Of a stretch of DNA of 64,000 bases, positions 1 to 13,668 are shown in pieces. Position 1 is the stretch's first letter, and every line of letters starts with the position of its first letter. Under the pieces are notes generated by a model. It saw only the letters and a program-made list of their open reading frames with translations, was not told the origin of the DNA and searched no databases. Origin of the DNA: the human T2T-CHM13v2.0 reference genome, Homo sapiens; assembly GCF_009914755.1 (NCBI RefSeq), contig NC_060928.1; one strand, given 5' to 3'. The position numbers and the translations under genes were made by a program.

Positions 1-689
1 ATGTCCATACTTTAAGGGACATAATAGGTGCAAAGCAAATAGGATTTGTTCCCTGTAACTAACAGTACTTGTCTCACCTCCATGGTTTCTGAGAAACAAA
101 AGCATTACCAAAGTTGTATATTCTGGGACATGTTTGGATAATAGCAACTTTCCTTGAGATACAACAAAGAATTTACTCTAGAATTAAGAGATGGAGTCAG
201 AATTGTAATATATTTTGGTCACTTTGCTAAGCAGAGTTCAATACGCAGCCACATTGCTGCAGGGTGCTCCTGTCAAAGGAAGCATGAAAGGCACTAGAAG
301 GTTCAGGCCCAGACTGTCCCTAAAGTGTCTGAGACCTGAGCTGGGCACAGGGATTCACATTAGGGTAAATCCAAATGTGAAAGAGGAATGTAGGAAGGCC
401 TGGATCTGCTCCTTAGAAACAGTCATTCGATTCCTGTGGGGCTTTTTTTCCTCCCCTAAAAAAAAGACAGACTGTAATTCCTGACTATGAGTGTCACATG
501 TGCCTCGTACAAAGTAGGAAATTAACCTATATTCCTTTTCTTACCTCTTCCCTCCTTCACCTTCACAAAGGGGAGAACTGCTCATCCCTCCCACCTAGGA
601 ATGAGTGTACCTCTTCCTCCTCCTCAGGGCAGATTTGAGAATGGATGGCAGGAAATGTATCAATGGGTTTTGAGGGCAGACAGAGAGCC

Positions 690-875
690 TTGACCTTGCA
701 TGACCACTTACCATTTGTGAAACCTTGAGCAAAAGATGCAACTTATCTGAGCTCAGTTTTAGCTGCCACGTGACATTTATAGCTCTTTACATTGTTGCAA
801 AGCTTACATGAAATAATACATGAAGTGATTTTAAATGTTGGGCACGTGGTACATGCTCCATAAAGACTGGGTACC
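690..875 (+). mobile_element. MIR SINE remnant
   Basis: Degenerate MIR core (ccacttaccatttgtgaaaccttgagcaa...ctgagctcagttt) and 3' end (ggcacgtggtacatgctccataaa). Confidence 0.6.
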
Positions 876-1213
876 ATCATGTACTTGGCTCAAAAAATGA
901 GGGCCATTATTATTATTAATTCATTAAAAAATGAATTATTGAGATAAAACCATCTTCATCTATATGGGGTTATGGTCTCATTTTTTAAGACCCTATGTCA
1001 ACCAGTAAACACTTTTATATTTTTATATCAGTTGGCAGGTGTCCCCAGGAATACCAATCAGAGCTGTCACTCTGACCTGGCATAGTAGTTCCCTGACAGC
1101 TGTGGGAATACTCTGGCAGGAGACTGGGGGAAAGGGTGAGTGGCGTGAACAAAACTTCTGCTTAGAGCAGGGATCTGCAATCACAGCCCATGGAAATTAC
1201 TAGGCTTACTTTA

Positions 1214-1510
1214 GCATTCATTCGTTTGTTTAATAAATATGTATTGAGCACCTACAAGCATTGTTTGGGATTTTGAATGGAGCACAGAACAGACTCTTGC
1301 CCCCTTGAAGTTTACAATTCAGTTGGAGAAACAGACAATAAGCAAGAAGGGAGCCCAATAAACTTGTAATTACCAATTGTTATGTATTATGATGGAAAAA
1401 AATAGTGTTTTCTGGGAGAATAATAAAAGTGGGAAAATTTAGTTGAGGGACAAGGAAGAGCTCTCTGAGAAAGCGTTCTTTGAGTCTGAAGGAAGAGGAG
1501 GATTTAGCCA
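1214..1510 (-). mobile_element. L2 LINE 3' fragment
   Basis: cattcattcgtttgtttaataaatatgtattgagcacctac is the typical L2 3' terminus in reverse orientation. Confidence 0.65.
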
Positions 1511-1874
1511 AGGGGCAAGTGTCCTCCCCATCCCCACTCTGCCTTCTCCCTGACCTTCTGCCTCCATGTTGTTCCAATGTGGCTTTTCCTCACCCTTCAC
1601 TGGGCACTGTTCTTGATGCTGGGAACACAGCTGGAGAAATTGGAATTGCTTCCCTGGGGTGAGAGAGATGGGAATGACGATGAGAAGGCAGGAAACAAGT
1701 CAGCAATGTTGACAATAGAGTGTGGTGTGTGACGGCGGAGGAGCAGCAGCAGAGGGGCTAAGTTGCAAATGGCCGATGAAGGTGGATGGAGAAAACGTTC
1801 TGCCGGTAGGGGATAAGGAACAGGATACAAGAGGCGATAGGGTGAGGAGAATGGACCTACACTGATTAGCAATG

Positions 1875-2352
1875 CCTGTTGGCCAAAACTGAACCACGGT
1901 CGTGTCAGATTTGACGGGTCTGGTATTTTAAAAATTATGAAGTTCCCATAAAAATAGTGATTTCCAATTTCTCTAGAAAAATCAGAAGACCTGGCACCTC
2001 TGAGCCGGCAATCATACATGGCAACAGTGGGCTGGAGTCAAAGAGCAAAAGTTCTCTCCCAAGCTGTCCCATGGGAGAGCCAGTAGCATAGCTGGCTCTT
2101 TAAATTAAAATTAAATTTAAAATCCAGTTCCTCCATTACAGTAGCCACACTTCAAGCATTCAGTAGTTACATGTAATTAGTGTCTACCACACTGGACGGC
2201 ACAGGTCTAGACTACGCCCATCATCACAGAGAGTTCAATAGGACAGCATTGCTGTCAGACCCTGTGGCCCCACTATTCATTGCTTTCTCCTCCTGCTTTC
2301 TCTACTCCTTTTTGTGACCTGTCTCATCCTTGAGGCATTTCTTGCAACTACT
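1875..2352 (+). mobile_element. MER102-like hAT-Charlie element, interrupted by MER3
   Basis: ctctagaaaaatcagaagacctggcac...catggcaacagtgggctggag and terminal gaggcattt..tgcaact resemble MER102; similar to the reverse copy at 11775-12090. Confidence 0.6.
2062..2253 (-). mobile_element. MER3 hAT-Charlie MITE
   Basis: gctgtcc...taaattaaaattaaattt...catcatcacagagagttcaataggacagc; similar to the copy at 8671-8870. Confidence 0.75.
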
Positions 2353-2447
2353 ATAAATACTATAATAGGTTGCCTGAAAAGCTCTATGACTAAATCTTGA
2401 GAATGAAACCTGTTTCAACCACAGACTCACTATCTTGAACTTAGTAC

Positions 2448-2474
2448 GTGTGTGTCTGTGTGTGTGTGTGTGTG
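2448..2474. repeat. (TG)n microsatellite
   Basis: Direct reading; one interruption. Confidence 0.9.
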
Positions 2475-2918
2475 TTGCAAAGTAAGGAGTGACATATAAA
2501 GTTATTAGAATAGAAGAAAAGTGGATTTCAGTTAGAGTCCTTCACTACAGGGAAAAGCTATAGAAAAATAAATCTTATTATTTATGGTCTACAACTATGG
2601 GTACCCCATAGGGTGAGCAGAACAGAACCAAGTGGAGCAAATCTAAACTAAAGCAACAAATAACTTTCCAGATAATATCCTCTTAGGATATATGTGGATA
2701 GGATAACTTCTAGCTCTGCCCATATATCACATTATACAAGGGAGAACTGATAGTGATTGTGTTTATTTGACCAAAGTCAGTTGAGGCAAATCAGATCTTG
2801 GAGAATCATTTGCCATGAATTGCTGGACAATTCTAAATTAATCAGATAAGCACAAATATCTGTACCATTTGTGTAGGTACAATCATTAAATAGTCATCTC
2901 TGAGCCCAGTAAAAGATA

Positions 2919-2920
<2 letters not shown>

Positions 2921-2957
<37 letters not shown>

Positions 2958-2972
2958 AACAAACAAAAAAAA
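2921..2972. repeat. Compound (AC)16-(AAAC)n-An microsatellite
   Basis: Direct reading. Confidence 0.95.
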
Positions 2973-3844
2973 CCTCTTTAACTTATAAGGTCATAACGTA
3001 GATTCCAGGAGACCTGAGAGGGAAGCTCAGTACTCTTAGGTATTGCATATTACCAGATTTGGGATCCACATTGTATTTTAGCACATCTGAAGTGTTGTTT
3101 CTTCTAGCTTAGTTAACTTGCCTTGCCTTAAGTTCTTTTGCTGTGTGAATGCATGGAAAATATGAGAGAATCTTGAAAGAATTCTTTTGGCAGTGAAAAA
3201 ATTTTGTTTTTTAACCTGCATTTGTTCATTGCCATCATTATCTACATTTCTCCAGGTTCACATATGAAAATAATCATTCCTCACTTCAGGAAGTCAGCGT
3301 TTAAAAAGTCAGTTTGGCTTCAAAGGATTCAGCCCCGTAATAGGGTCAGACTAGTGCGGGAGACAGCTGGCAGGAGCCCAGGCCTGGGGATAGTCAGTGC
3401 TTTCCTGGCTGGCTACCTCTTGGAACTTGTGCTAGAGTCCCCTAGAAAGTGTGGCTGTGTCCCATCTGACAAGGGAAGTAAAAATGTCCCTAAGAGCTGG
3501 GAATAGGCTCACAAACGGAGAACCAAAGTCCCTGTGTACAACTCTATCAGTCCTTCCTGCAGTCAAGACCAAACGCTCCATGCCTTGGTGTGTTATGGGA
3601 GACGATCCGTGGGAGAAAGGGCCCAGGACAGGGGTGGGGACAGCTGCCTTCTTGCCTCAGATGTGTGACCCTAGGCAACTCTTTTAGCCTCTATGAGTTT
3701 CTGTTTACTCAGGTGGATGGAGGGCTTCCACTGGATCAGCCTCCCTTCTGAGAAGTATAAAAATCTTATGTCCTTTTTACTGGAGCTACATCATGATAAC
3801 TGTAAAATCAATCTTTATCTTAAAGCATCAGTTATAATCAATGT

Positions 3845-3964
3845 GGCCAAGCACAGTGGTGCACACCTGTAATCCCAGCACTTTGGGAGGCCAAGGCAGG
3901 AGGATCGCTTGAACCTAGTAAGACTCCATTTCTTTATTTAAAAAAAGAAGAAGAAGAAGAAGAA
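3845..3964 (+). mobile_element. Alu monomer (FLAM-like) with internal deletion and (GAA)n tail
   Basis: ggccaagcacagtggtgcacacctgtaatcccagcactttgggagg...ggatcgcttgaacc, then jumps to agactccatttct and an A/GAA tail. Confidence 0.8.
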
Positions 3965-4082
3965 TTAGGATCAATGATATGTTTCAGTGAATAAAACAGA
4001 AGACATTCACATTTGCACACATGGTAGGAGTTAATCTGCTAAAAAAAAAAAAAAAAGAGAAAAAGAAAAAAAAAGCCCTGTA

Positions 4083-4165
4083 TCAGTGGTTCCCACATTG
4101 TAGTAGGCAAAAGGATACTATGGGAGGCTCATTTAAAATGCAGATTCCTGGGCCTCTCCTCCCAG
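4083..4165 (+). mobile_element. MER5A-like fragment
   Basis: cagtggttcccaca...ttaaaatgcagattcctgggcc. Confidence 0.5.
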
Positions 4166-4458
4166 CCCATGAAGTTGGAACCACCACAACTTCATATCTC
4201 TTAGACTCTGAGTTTTGCCTTCAGGATTCTTTGACTTTATCTCAAAAATTCACCTTCATTAACAAAAAGCGTAGAGTCATTTGTTCTTATTGCAATAGCC
4301 CCCTCCTGGTACTCCCGAGACAACCTCCTCACTCCTACTCTCCAAATCACCTGGAAAAATTTTCCCTAACATTTTAAAAACCTTAAGAATTGTCATTTTT
4401 GCCGTGTAGTTTAAGTTCTCAGAAGGCAGAAAGAATGCCTAGAGTTGGTTCTATTTAG

Positions 4459-4704
4459 TAGTGTTTTTCAAACTGTTTTTGAACATGATACACAGTAAGA
4501 AGTACATTTTACATTGCAACTTAGTATGGACATTCTGTAAACACATATCTTTAGAAAAATCTCACAAAACACTGTCTATCCTTATGCTGTGTCATACACT
4601 CTGATGTTTTTTTATTCACCTCTATTTTTTAAATTTTCCTATTTCTTTCAACAATGGTCTCAGAGTCCACTAATGAGTCCCAGTCCATAGTTTGAAAACA
4701 TTGC
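4459..4704 (+). mobile_element. hAT-Charlie MITE (MER112-like)
   Basis: Terminal inverted repeats agtgtttttcaaact / agtttgaaaacattg; internal acagtaagaagtacattttacattg and cactctgatgtttt. Confidence 0.6.
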
Positions 4705-5459
4705 TATAGAGAGTCCAGCCCATGTTCAACAACCAAGCAATATTGATTGACTACTCCAAATGCTTTTGGTCATTCCCTCTAATAGCCCCCAACTTCCTCC
4801 TTCCTCCCCAGTATATACACCCATTAGTAGGAGTAGATTGGACACCAACACAGTGAAATTATTCTCTAATACTCTGGTGGTCTTTGTACTCTCCACTTAA
4901 AGAACCTCATTAGACTCAGACTGTTCTTCATGGGAACTGATTTACATTAAAAAAAAAAAAGATCAAAAGACTATTTTCCTTGCACAGTATATTACTTCCT
5001 GCAATTCATCAAAATTCTTTTCATGGGTAAAGGTCACTTTCTATTTCTGTATGGCATCTGTGTGTGTTTTGTTGAAAAAGGTGTGGCTTTCAAAACATAA
5101 ATCAGCCCTTACATGTTGATGAAAAACTCTTGAAATGCTACCAGAGGGAGGTGATGGGAATAACTTGGTGAAAAGAGGTGCAAATGCCATCAGACTTCCC
5201 AGAACCATGAACTCAGCCCATCTGACTGCCTAAAACAGAGAAAGATCCAAATAAAATACCTGAGCAGGTTAATAGGACTCATTTCCTATGAGTTGAAGTA
5301 CTGTTAATATAATACTTTTAAAAAAAACAAAAAGCAATCTGAATCTGACGTGAACAGAAACAAAATCAGTGTCGGTCCTGGGAACAAGGAACTGACCCAT
5401 TAAGGAAGACTTAAAGTGGGAAATCAGTGCCCCGTTATTTTTTCTAACGTATTCATTGG

Positions 5460-5705
5460 ATCCTGACCCTGATTGTCTAGATTTGAATCCTTGCCCCCAC
5501 CCCCCAGCCCCACCTACCAGATGTGTGGCTTTGTGCTAGTTACTTACCTCTCCATGCCACCATTTCCTCATCTACAAAATATGAAGAGTTCTAACACCAT
5601 CCTCAGAAGGTTGCTCTTGTGATTGAATCAGTCAATATTTGGAAATCACTGAGCACTAGTACCTGATACATGATAAGCACAATGTAAGTACTTGTTAAAT
5701 AAATT
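5460..5705 (+). mobile_element. MIR SINE
   Basis: ttgaatcc...gttacttacctctcc...tttcctcatctacaaaat...gataagcac. Confidence 0.7.
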
Positions 5706-7165
5706 GTCTAAGTAAAGATTAAAGCATATCAACACTTCTGTCCTCCAACTTCAGGGCAGGGAAAATAGAAATTAATTTTTTAAATAAGACTGAAGAAGTC
5801 ACATCACTCACCATCTTGTCTGCTCATGTATACACACATTTGATACCCTGGGTGACAGTGTTTAAGTGCCCTCCCCCATGAAAAATAGCAAGCCACTAAA
5901 AAAGAAAGAGCAAGGGAGAATATCTCCATCCCTAAACTAAGGTGGAAAAGGGAACTGTGTGAAAAACATAAAACAGAGCTGTTGGTGATACCTAAAAACC
6001 AGACATGGCTGAGAGACCACCCACTGTCAGCCCAGGAAGAGAGAACCGTGTAAGCCAAAAACCCAACCCCCTGAGCATATCAATGTACTAAACACAATTT
6101 GGGGTTAGAACAATCAAAAGCTGCATGGGGAAAAATTGTATTGAAAAAATTCTTTGGATAAAGCCTGCAGAAACAAGTGATTCTATATGTAAAAGTTAAC
6201 TGAAATTAAAAACCAAGAGAAGGGTTCATCTAAGAGCAGTCCTTGTTAATCATTTAGAGAGCTCAGAAATGCATCTTTTGTGAGATGTGTTCTTTAAAAA
6301 AATAAAAATGGAAACGAAGGAGGGAATCTGGGCTTATTAAAAAGCACCCTGCAATGCTCTGTTATTATTTCCTAGAAATTTGAATACAGAAGCCTTATGT
6401 GGGTATATATGCATGCACATGTGTATGTAAGTATGCCTACATAATATCTTTATATTCAATATATTCATATTCAGTGTATACATATATATGTTTGTGTGCA
6501 TATGCATTTTTAAAAATAATTTCTCCTTTTTTTGTTTTTCAAGTGCTTGAGGATGTGATATTAAGAGGGGAAAACATCAGCTGGCGCCAACTGGCTATAC
6601 ACATTAAACCAGAAAATAACGCACACCCTAATAAACATAGAAATTATCTATAAATTTGGGCATAAGATCTAGTCCCTAAAGATAAGTGGTTGAAACAACT
6701 GCAAAAAAGGCCTGAGACTGAGATGGGAGAGAGGGCTCTGAGTTTAGGCTGTGGGCATCGTGGGTCACAGGGACCCACTTTGATGTGAGTAGCAGCTTTG
6801 TGAAAAGAAAGCAGAGGAAATGCAGCCCTTGCTGAGACAGGAACCCCTCGTTTCTCAGGCTGCATTCTGCCATTGTCCCACATGTGTCAGTCCCACTGGT
6901 CATGGCAGCAGTGCAGGGCTTGGATTGATGGCCTCAGATGGCCTCTGGACTGTAGAGTTCAGCTCTGCACCCAACGTCAGTTACAAAGAGAAAGGAAGTT
7001 TGCTTTTAGGCCCACCGTGGGTTTTGCTTTTTGTTTCTCTACTTCGCCTGCCTTTCTTGCTGGGTCGCTTCAAAATTGCAAATTGCTTACTTACTTCTAA
7101 CTTCTCTTCTGTCAATGTCTGTTTTCATTTTTGTAATTTCTCTGTTTTTAAAAATTCCCCACTTT

Positions 7166-7424
7166 GATCTGGCACGGTGGCTCACGCCTCTAATCCCAGC
7201 AGTTTGGGAGGCTGAGGCGGGTGGATCACCTGAGGTCAGGAGTTTGAGACCGCCTGACTAACATGGAGAAACCCTGTCTCTACTAAAAATACAAAATTAG
7301 CCGGGCATGGTGGCGCATGCCTGTAATCCCAGCTACTCGGAAGGATGAGGCAGGAGAAGCACTTGAACCTGGGAGGCGGAGATCGCGCCATTGCACTCCA
7401 GCCTGGGCAACAAGAGTGAAACTC
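7166..7424 (+). mobile_element. AluSp-like, tailless, with 16-nt right-arm deletion
   Basis: Alu dimer with aacatggagaaaccc and ggcaacaagagtgaaactc (Sp-type); no poly(A) follows 7424. Confidence 0.9.
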
Positions 7425-7644
7425 TTGGTCCCAATGAAGCCCACCAGCATGCACCTGCAAATGTGGCCGAAATAGCATTAATGATAAATTTATAATAAGA
7501 GTGTGGCAGTGGGGAGTACCCACATCAGAATCACAGGACCCAGGCCCTAGTCCTAGCGCAGTCACTAGTAATTCATCTTGGACATGTTTTTATCAAGGAA
7601 ACAATGGATTGATGGAAAAACTAACTGATTCACACCCTGTAGGA

Positions 7645-7890
7645 ATGCCATAGTGGTTACCACAAGGGACTTTAAACCTGACAGAATGGGATTCACATTC
7701 TGGCTCATTCAGTCACTACCTGAGTGACCTTGTAAGTTACTTAACCTTTACAAACATCAGTTTCCTCATATAGGATAATATCTCTCTTATCTCATAGGAT
7801 GATTGTGAAGAATAAGTGGAATAAGGTATACAAAGGGCTTATCACAGTGCTGGGTACATAGTAAGCACTTATTAAGTGTCTGCTATTCTT
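7645..7890 (+). mobile_element. MIR SINE
   Basis: gtgaccttgtaagttacttaacc...cagtttcctcat...cacagtgctgggtacatagtaagcact. Confidence 0.75.
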
Positions 7891-7920
7891 GCTGCTATTT
7901 TCATTACTTTTATTATTTCT

Positions 7921-8325
7921 AGTGTTAGTCTCTTCTTGCACTTCTATAAAGAAATACCTGAGATAGGGTAATTTATAAAGAAAAGAGGTGTAATTGGCTC
8001 ACAGTTTTTCAGGCTGTACAGAAAGCCTGGCACCATGTCCTCTGCTTCTGGGGAGGCCTCAGGTAACAATCATGGCAGAAGGCAAAGCAGGAGCCAGCAC
8101 TTCACGTGACTGGGAGCAGGAGGAAGACAGCGAGGGGGAAGGTGCTACGTACTTTCAAACAACCAGGTCTCATGAGAACTCACTCACTATACAATACCAA
8201 GGGGGGAGGGTGCCAAACCATTCGTGAGAACTCTGCCCCCATGATCCAATCACCTCCCACAGACTCCACCTCCAGCACCTGAGATTACATTTCAGCATGA
8301 GATTGGGTGAGGACATAGATCCGTA
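7921..8325 (-). mobile_element. MSTA-type MaLR solo LTR
   Basis: ctataaagaaatacctgag...ggtaatttataaagaaaagagg...catgatccaatcacctccc...catgagattgggtgaggac. Confidence 0.85.
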
Positions 8326-8670
8326 TTATTGTTATTATAGTTACTATTATAATTATCAAATAATTATTATAGCTTTTAATCCATATAGTTCAAATAACTT
8401 GCATCAAGCAATTTTCAATATGAAAAACCAGAAATAAATGGGGATAAGAACTTAAAATTCTACATGTAGAAGTTGGGTCATTTGTCTCTAGTAATACTCT
8501 GGACCAAGAAAAGTAAGCCCTGCCCAGCCAATGGAATGTTAGCTCTTCTCACTCTTCAGTGAGCGATGCCAGAATAAAATAATTCTATCAGACCAATTGA
8601 CTGTCTAGTCTGGAAAACAAGAAATATAGCCATCTGTTTTTCAAAATACTAATTCTAGAATTTAGAGTTA

Positions 8671-8870
8671 TGCTGTCCAACATGGTAGCCACTGCTCATG
8701 TACAGCTACTTAAATTTTAACTAATTAAATTTAAATTTACAATACAGGTCCTCAGTCACACTAGGTACATTTCAAGTACTAAAGAGCTACATGTGGCTTG
8801 AGGCTACCATATTGAATGTGCAGATATAGAATGTTTCCATCATCACAGAAAGTTCTGTGAGACAGTGCTG
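8671..8870 (-). mobile_element. MER3 hAT-Charlie MITE
   Basis: tgctgtccaacatggtagccact...catcatcacagaaagttctgtgagacagtgctg. Confidence 0.85.
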
Positions 8871-9184
8871 GTCTATTTTAGACTATTAGTTGCCCTAAAT
8901 AACCTATGTAAATACATCTGATTATTATTTAGTATGATCTAACTTGCTAATGGATAACTATACAACTTGGTAATTGGATGAATCATAGGTCTGAGAAACA
9001 CCAAAAAGTTTCTACGGGCATTCATGGAGATCCACATCACGCATGTGTGAATTCCATGGATATGCATATACAACAAATACCTACCCTCTCAGGTAATTTA
9101 AAGAAAAACAAAACAAAAACAGTAAGCAAAGATGCCAAACTAAATGATTAACAAGAGTTGGATTATTTAAATTTTTATTAGTCT

Positions 9185-11767
9185 TGGCTTTCAAAATTAT
9201 TTTATTGCAACTCATAGAAAGAAACTTAGTTTATATGGTAACCCAGTACAAGCACACATAAACACAATTGAAACAGAGGTTTCACAAAATAACACTAGTC
9301 CTTACTACATGTAAATATTCTGATATTTTCTATTTCCTCCTCTTCCTCATCTTTCTTCACTTCTTCTTTCTCTTTCTTTTCCTCTTTGTAGTATTGTGTA
9401 TTAGTCTGTTTTCATGCTGCTGATAAAGACATATCCGAGACTGGGCAATTTTCAAAGGATAGAAGTTTAATGGAGAACTCACAGTTCCACAAGGCTGAGG
9501 AAGCCTCACAATCATGGTGGAAGGCCAGGAGGAGCAAGTCACATCTTATGTGGATGGCAGCAGGCAAAAAGAGTGTTTATGCAGAGACACTCCTGTTTTT
9601 TAAACCATTATATCTCGTGAGACCCATTCACTATCACTAGAACAGCACAAGAAAAACCTGCCCCCATGATTCAACCAACTCCCACCAGGTCTCTCCCACA
9701 ATATTTGGGAATTATGGGAGCTACAAGATGAGATCTGGGTGAGGACACAGAGCCAAACCATATCATTCTGCCCTGGCCCCTCCCAAATCTCAACTCTTCA
9801 CATTTTGAAACCAATCATGCCTTCCCAACAGTCCCCCGAAGTCTCAACTCATTTCATCATTAACTCAAAAGTCCACAGTCCAAAGTCTCATCCAAGACAA
9901 GGCAAGTCCCTTCCATCTATGAGCCTGTAAAATCAAAAGTAAGTTAGTTTCTTCCTAGATATAATGGGGTATAGGCATCAGGTAAATACAGCCATTCCAA
10001 ATGGGAGAAATTGGCCAAAACAAAGGGGCTACAGGCCCCATGCAAGTCTGAAATCCAGTGGAGCAGTCAAATCTTAAAGCTCCAAAATGATCTCCTTTGA
10101 CTCCATGTCTCACATCCAGGTCATGATGATTCAAGAGGTGGGTTCTCATGGTCTTGGGCAGCTCCACCCCTGTGGCTTTGCAGGGTACAGCCTCCCTCCT
10201 AGCTGCCTTCACAGGCTGGCATTGAGTGTCTGTGGCTTTTCCAGGTGCAGAGTACAACCTGTCAGTGGATCTACCATTCTGGGATCTGGAGGATGGTGGC
10301 CCTCTTTTCACAGCCCCACTAGGTGGTGCCCCAGTAGGGACTCTGTGTGGGGGCTCCGACCCCACATTTCCCTTCTGCACTGCCCTAGCAGAGGTTCTCC
10401 ATGAGAGACCCGCCCTGTGGCAAACTTCTCCTGGACATTTCCCTACCTCCTCTGAAATCTAGGTGGAGGTTCCCAAACTCCAATTCTTGACTTTTGTGCA
10501 CTCCCAGGCTCAACACCACATGGAAGCTGCCAAGGCTTGGGGCTTGCACCTTCTGAAGCCGTGGCTGGAGCTCTACATTGGCCCCTTTCAGCCATGGCTG
10601 GAGAGGCTGGGATGCAGGGAACTAAGTCCCTAGACCACACACAGCACAAGGACCCTGGGCCCAGCCCAGGAAACCACTTTTTTCTCCTAGACCTCCAGGC
10701 CTGTGATGGGAGAGGCTGCTGTGAAGATCTCTGACATGCCCTGGAGACATTTTCCCCATTGTCTTATGGATTAACATTTGGCTCCTCATTACTTATGCAA
10801 ATTTCTGCAGCCAGCTTGAATTTCTTCTCAGAAAATGGGATTTTCTTTTCTATCACATTGTCAGGCTGCAAATTTTTTAGACTTTTACACTCTGCTTCCC
10901 TTATAAAACTGAATGCCTTTAATGGCACCCAAGTCACCTCTTGAATGTTTTGCTGCTTAGAAATTTCTTCTGCCATGTACCCTAAATCATCTCTCTCAAG
11001 TTCAAAGTTCCACAAATCTCTTGGGCAGGGACAAAATGCTGCCAGTCTCTTTGCTAAAACATAGCAAGAGTCACCTTTGCTCCAGTTCCCAACAAGTTCT
11101 TCATCTCCACCTGAGACCACCTCAGCCTGGATTTCATTGTCTATATTATTATCAGCATTTTGGTCAAAGTCATTCAACAAGTGTCTAGGGAGTTCCAAAC
11201 TTTCCTGTGTTTTCCCATCTTCTTACGCGCCCTCCAAACTGTTCCAACCTCTTCCTGTTACCTTTCAAAGTTGCTTCCACATTTTTGGGTATCTTTTCAG
11301 CAGTGCCTGACTCTAGTGGTACCAATTTACTGTATTAGTTTGTTTTCATGCTGCTGATAAAGACATACCCGAGACTGGGCAATTTACAAAGGATAGAGGT
11401 TTAATGGAGAGCTCACAGTTCCATGTGGCTGGGGAGGCCTCACAATCACGGCAGATGGCAAGGAGGAGCAAGTCACATCTTACATGGATGGCAGCAGGCA
11501 AAAAGAGGGCTTGCGCAGGGAAACTCCCATTTTTAAAATCATCAGATCTCATGAGACCCATTCACTATCACTAGAACAGCATGGGAAAGACCCACCCCCA
11601 TGATTCAGCCATTTCCCACTGGGTCCCTCTCACAACACATGGGAATTATGGGAACTATAAGATGAGATTTGGGTGGGGACAGAGAGCCAAACCATATCAT
11701 ACTGGTTATCCAAGACACTGATTTAATGACTCCCACAATGGGATGACCTATAGTTTGAAAAACACTG
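9185..11767 (+). mobile_element. MER112-like hAT MITE split by the THE1 provirus (pieces ~9185-9340 and 11705-11767)
   Basis: Left piece (aacccagtac...gtttcacaaaat...ctgatattttctatt) and right piece ending agtttgaaaaacactg together match the element at 4459-4704. Confidence 0.6.
9397..11699 (-). mobile_element. Full-length THE1 (THE1A/B-type) MaLR provirus: LTRs 9397-9765 and 11331-11699, internal region 9766-11330
   Basis: Two ~369-bp direct repeats tgtattagt...accatatca; 5-bp TSD tattg (9392-9396) / tactg (11700-11704); purine tract next to the 3' LTR on minus; decayed MaLR ORF pieces at 9955-10380 and 10764-11198. Confidence 0.95.
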
Positions 11768-11774
11768 ATCTAGA

Positions 11775-12090
11775 CTGGGGGTTGTAAACTCAAATGCTGA
11801 AAGTGGCTGGATGAGTGAGCGGAGAGGGCTGTGTGGAGACTATGAGTAAACACAGAGCATATGACCCTTTGAAAGGGCACAACAACTGTTCAGCTCCAAT
11901 CAGTCTTTTCTATGTGGAATATACTTAGAACTGTTGCTGGAACTTCTGATGGTTTAAGAGAAGTCATATATCCAGATATTTTTGTAAAACTTCCCAATTT
12001 AGAAGTGTGGCAAATAATTATTTAAAATTTCAAATACTTGCCAGCCAAACAAAACAAATTTCTTAAATGGGATTGGTCTGATCAAAGATT
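11775..12090 (-). mobile_element. MER102-like hAT-Charlie element
   Basis: ggggttgtaaactcaaatgc...cagctccaatcag...ccagatatttttgtaaaacttccc...gccaaacaaaac. Confidence 0.7.
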
Positions 12091-12804
12091 AATTTTCTAG
12101 TTCCAGGGGTAAAACTGGAAGCAGGTTCTTTTTCCTCTAAATGAGAATGTGGAATCCCCCAAAACTGATATAGCACAATCCTTCTGTCCTCACATGACCC
12201 AGTGGGGAGGGAAGGAAGGAAGGATCCTCTGCTGAAGAAAGGAGTTGAAAGTGACCAGTTCTCCTTGAATGAGGCTGTGTTGGGTGTCCACTGATGCCCA
12301 AGAACAGAAGGAATCAGTCATTCCATCAGCACATAGTCCCCAGCTTATCCTTGCCTAGTCAAAGAAGTGAAAGAAGCTCCATTAGCTGGTCTCAGCCCAA
12401 GCTGTCCCTCAGTAATGGCTATAGGGTCCTTTATCTTTGAAAGCTCAGTTAGTTCTTACTTGTACATATACTGGCTAGGCATCCAGGAGCTGGGCTGCCA
12501 AGGTACAAAAGCCTATCAATTATCTAAAAACATCTATAAGGAAAACATACTTCAATTTCAAACATAAATCCTACTACTGTATCATTAAAAGGTTGTATCA
12601 GACAGCTTTATATTTAAATATCTGGATTTTACCTATTAGGTTAAGCCATGTAAAATCGCCAATATTCCAACATTTTTAAAATAAGCTTTTAATTTGGAAT
12701 AATTTTAGATTTTTGGAATTCATAGAAAAGTTGCCAAGATTATAGAGAGAATTCCTATACACATCTTTTACCTCATTTCCCCTAATGTTAGCATGTTACA
12801 CAAT

Positions 12805-13668
<864 letters not shown>

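Noticed and set aside
9955-11198. THE1 internal ORFs (141 and 144 aa) as a domesticated gene
   Set aside because: They are separated by stops and frameshifts, as expected for a decayed MaLR internal region.
11425-11437. PRDM9 hotspot motif in the THE1 LTR
   Set aside because: Minus strand reads CCTCCCCAGCCAC, lacking the T at position 7 of CCNCCNTNNCCNC; the other LTR is more degenerate.
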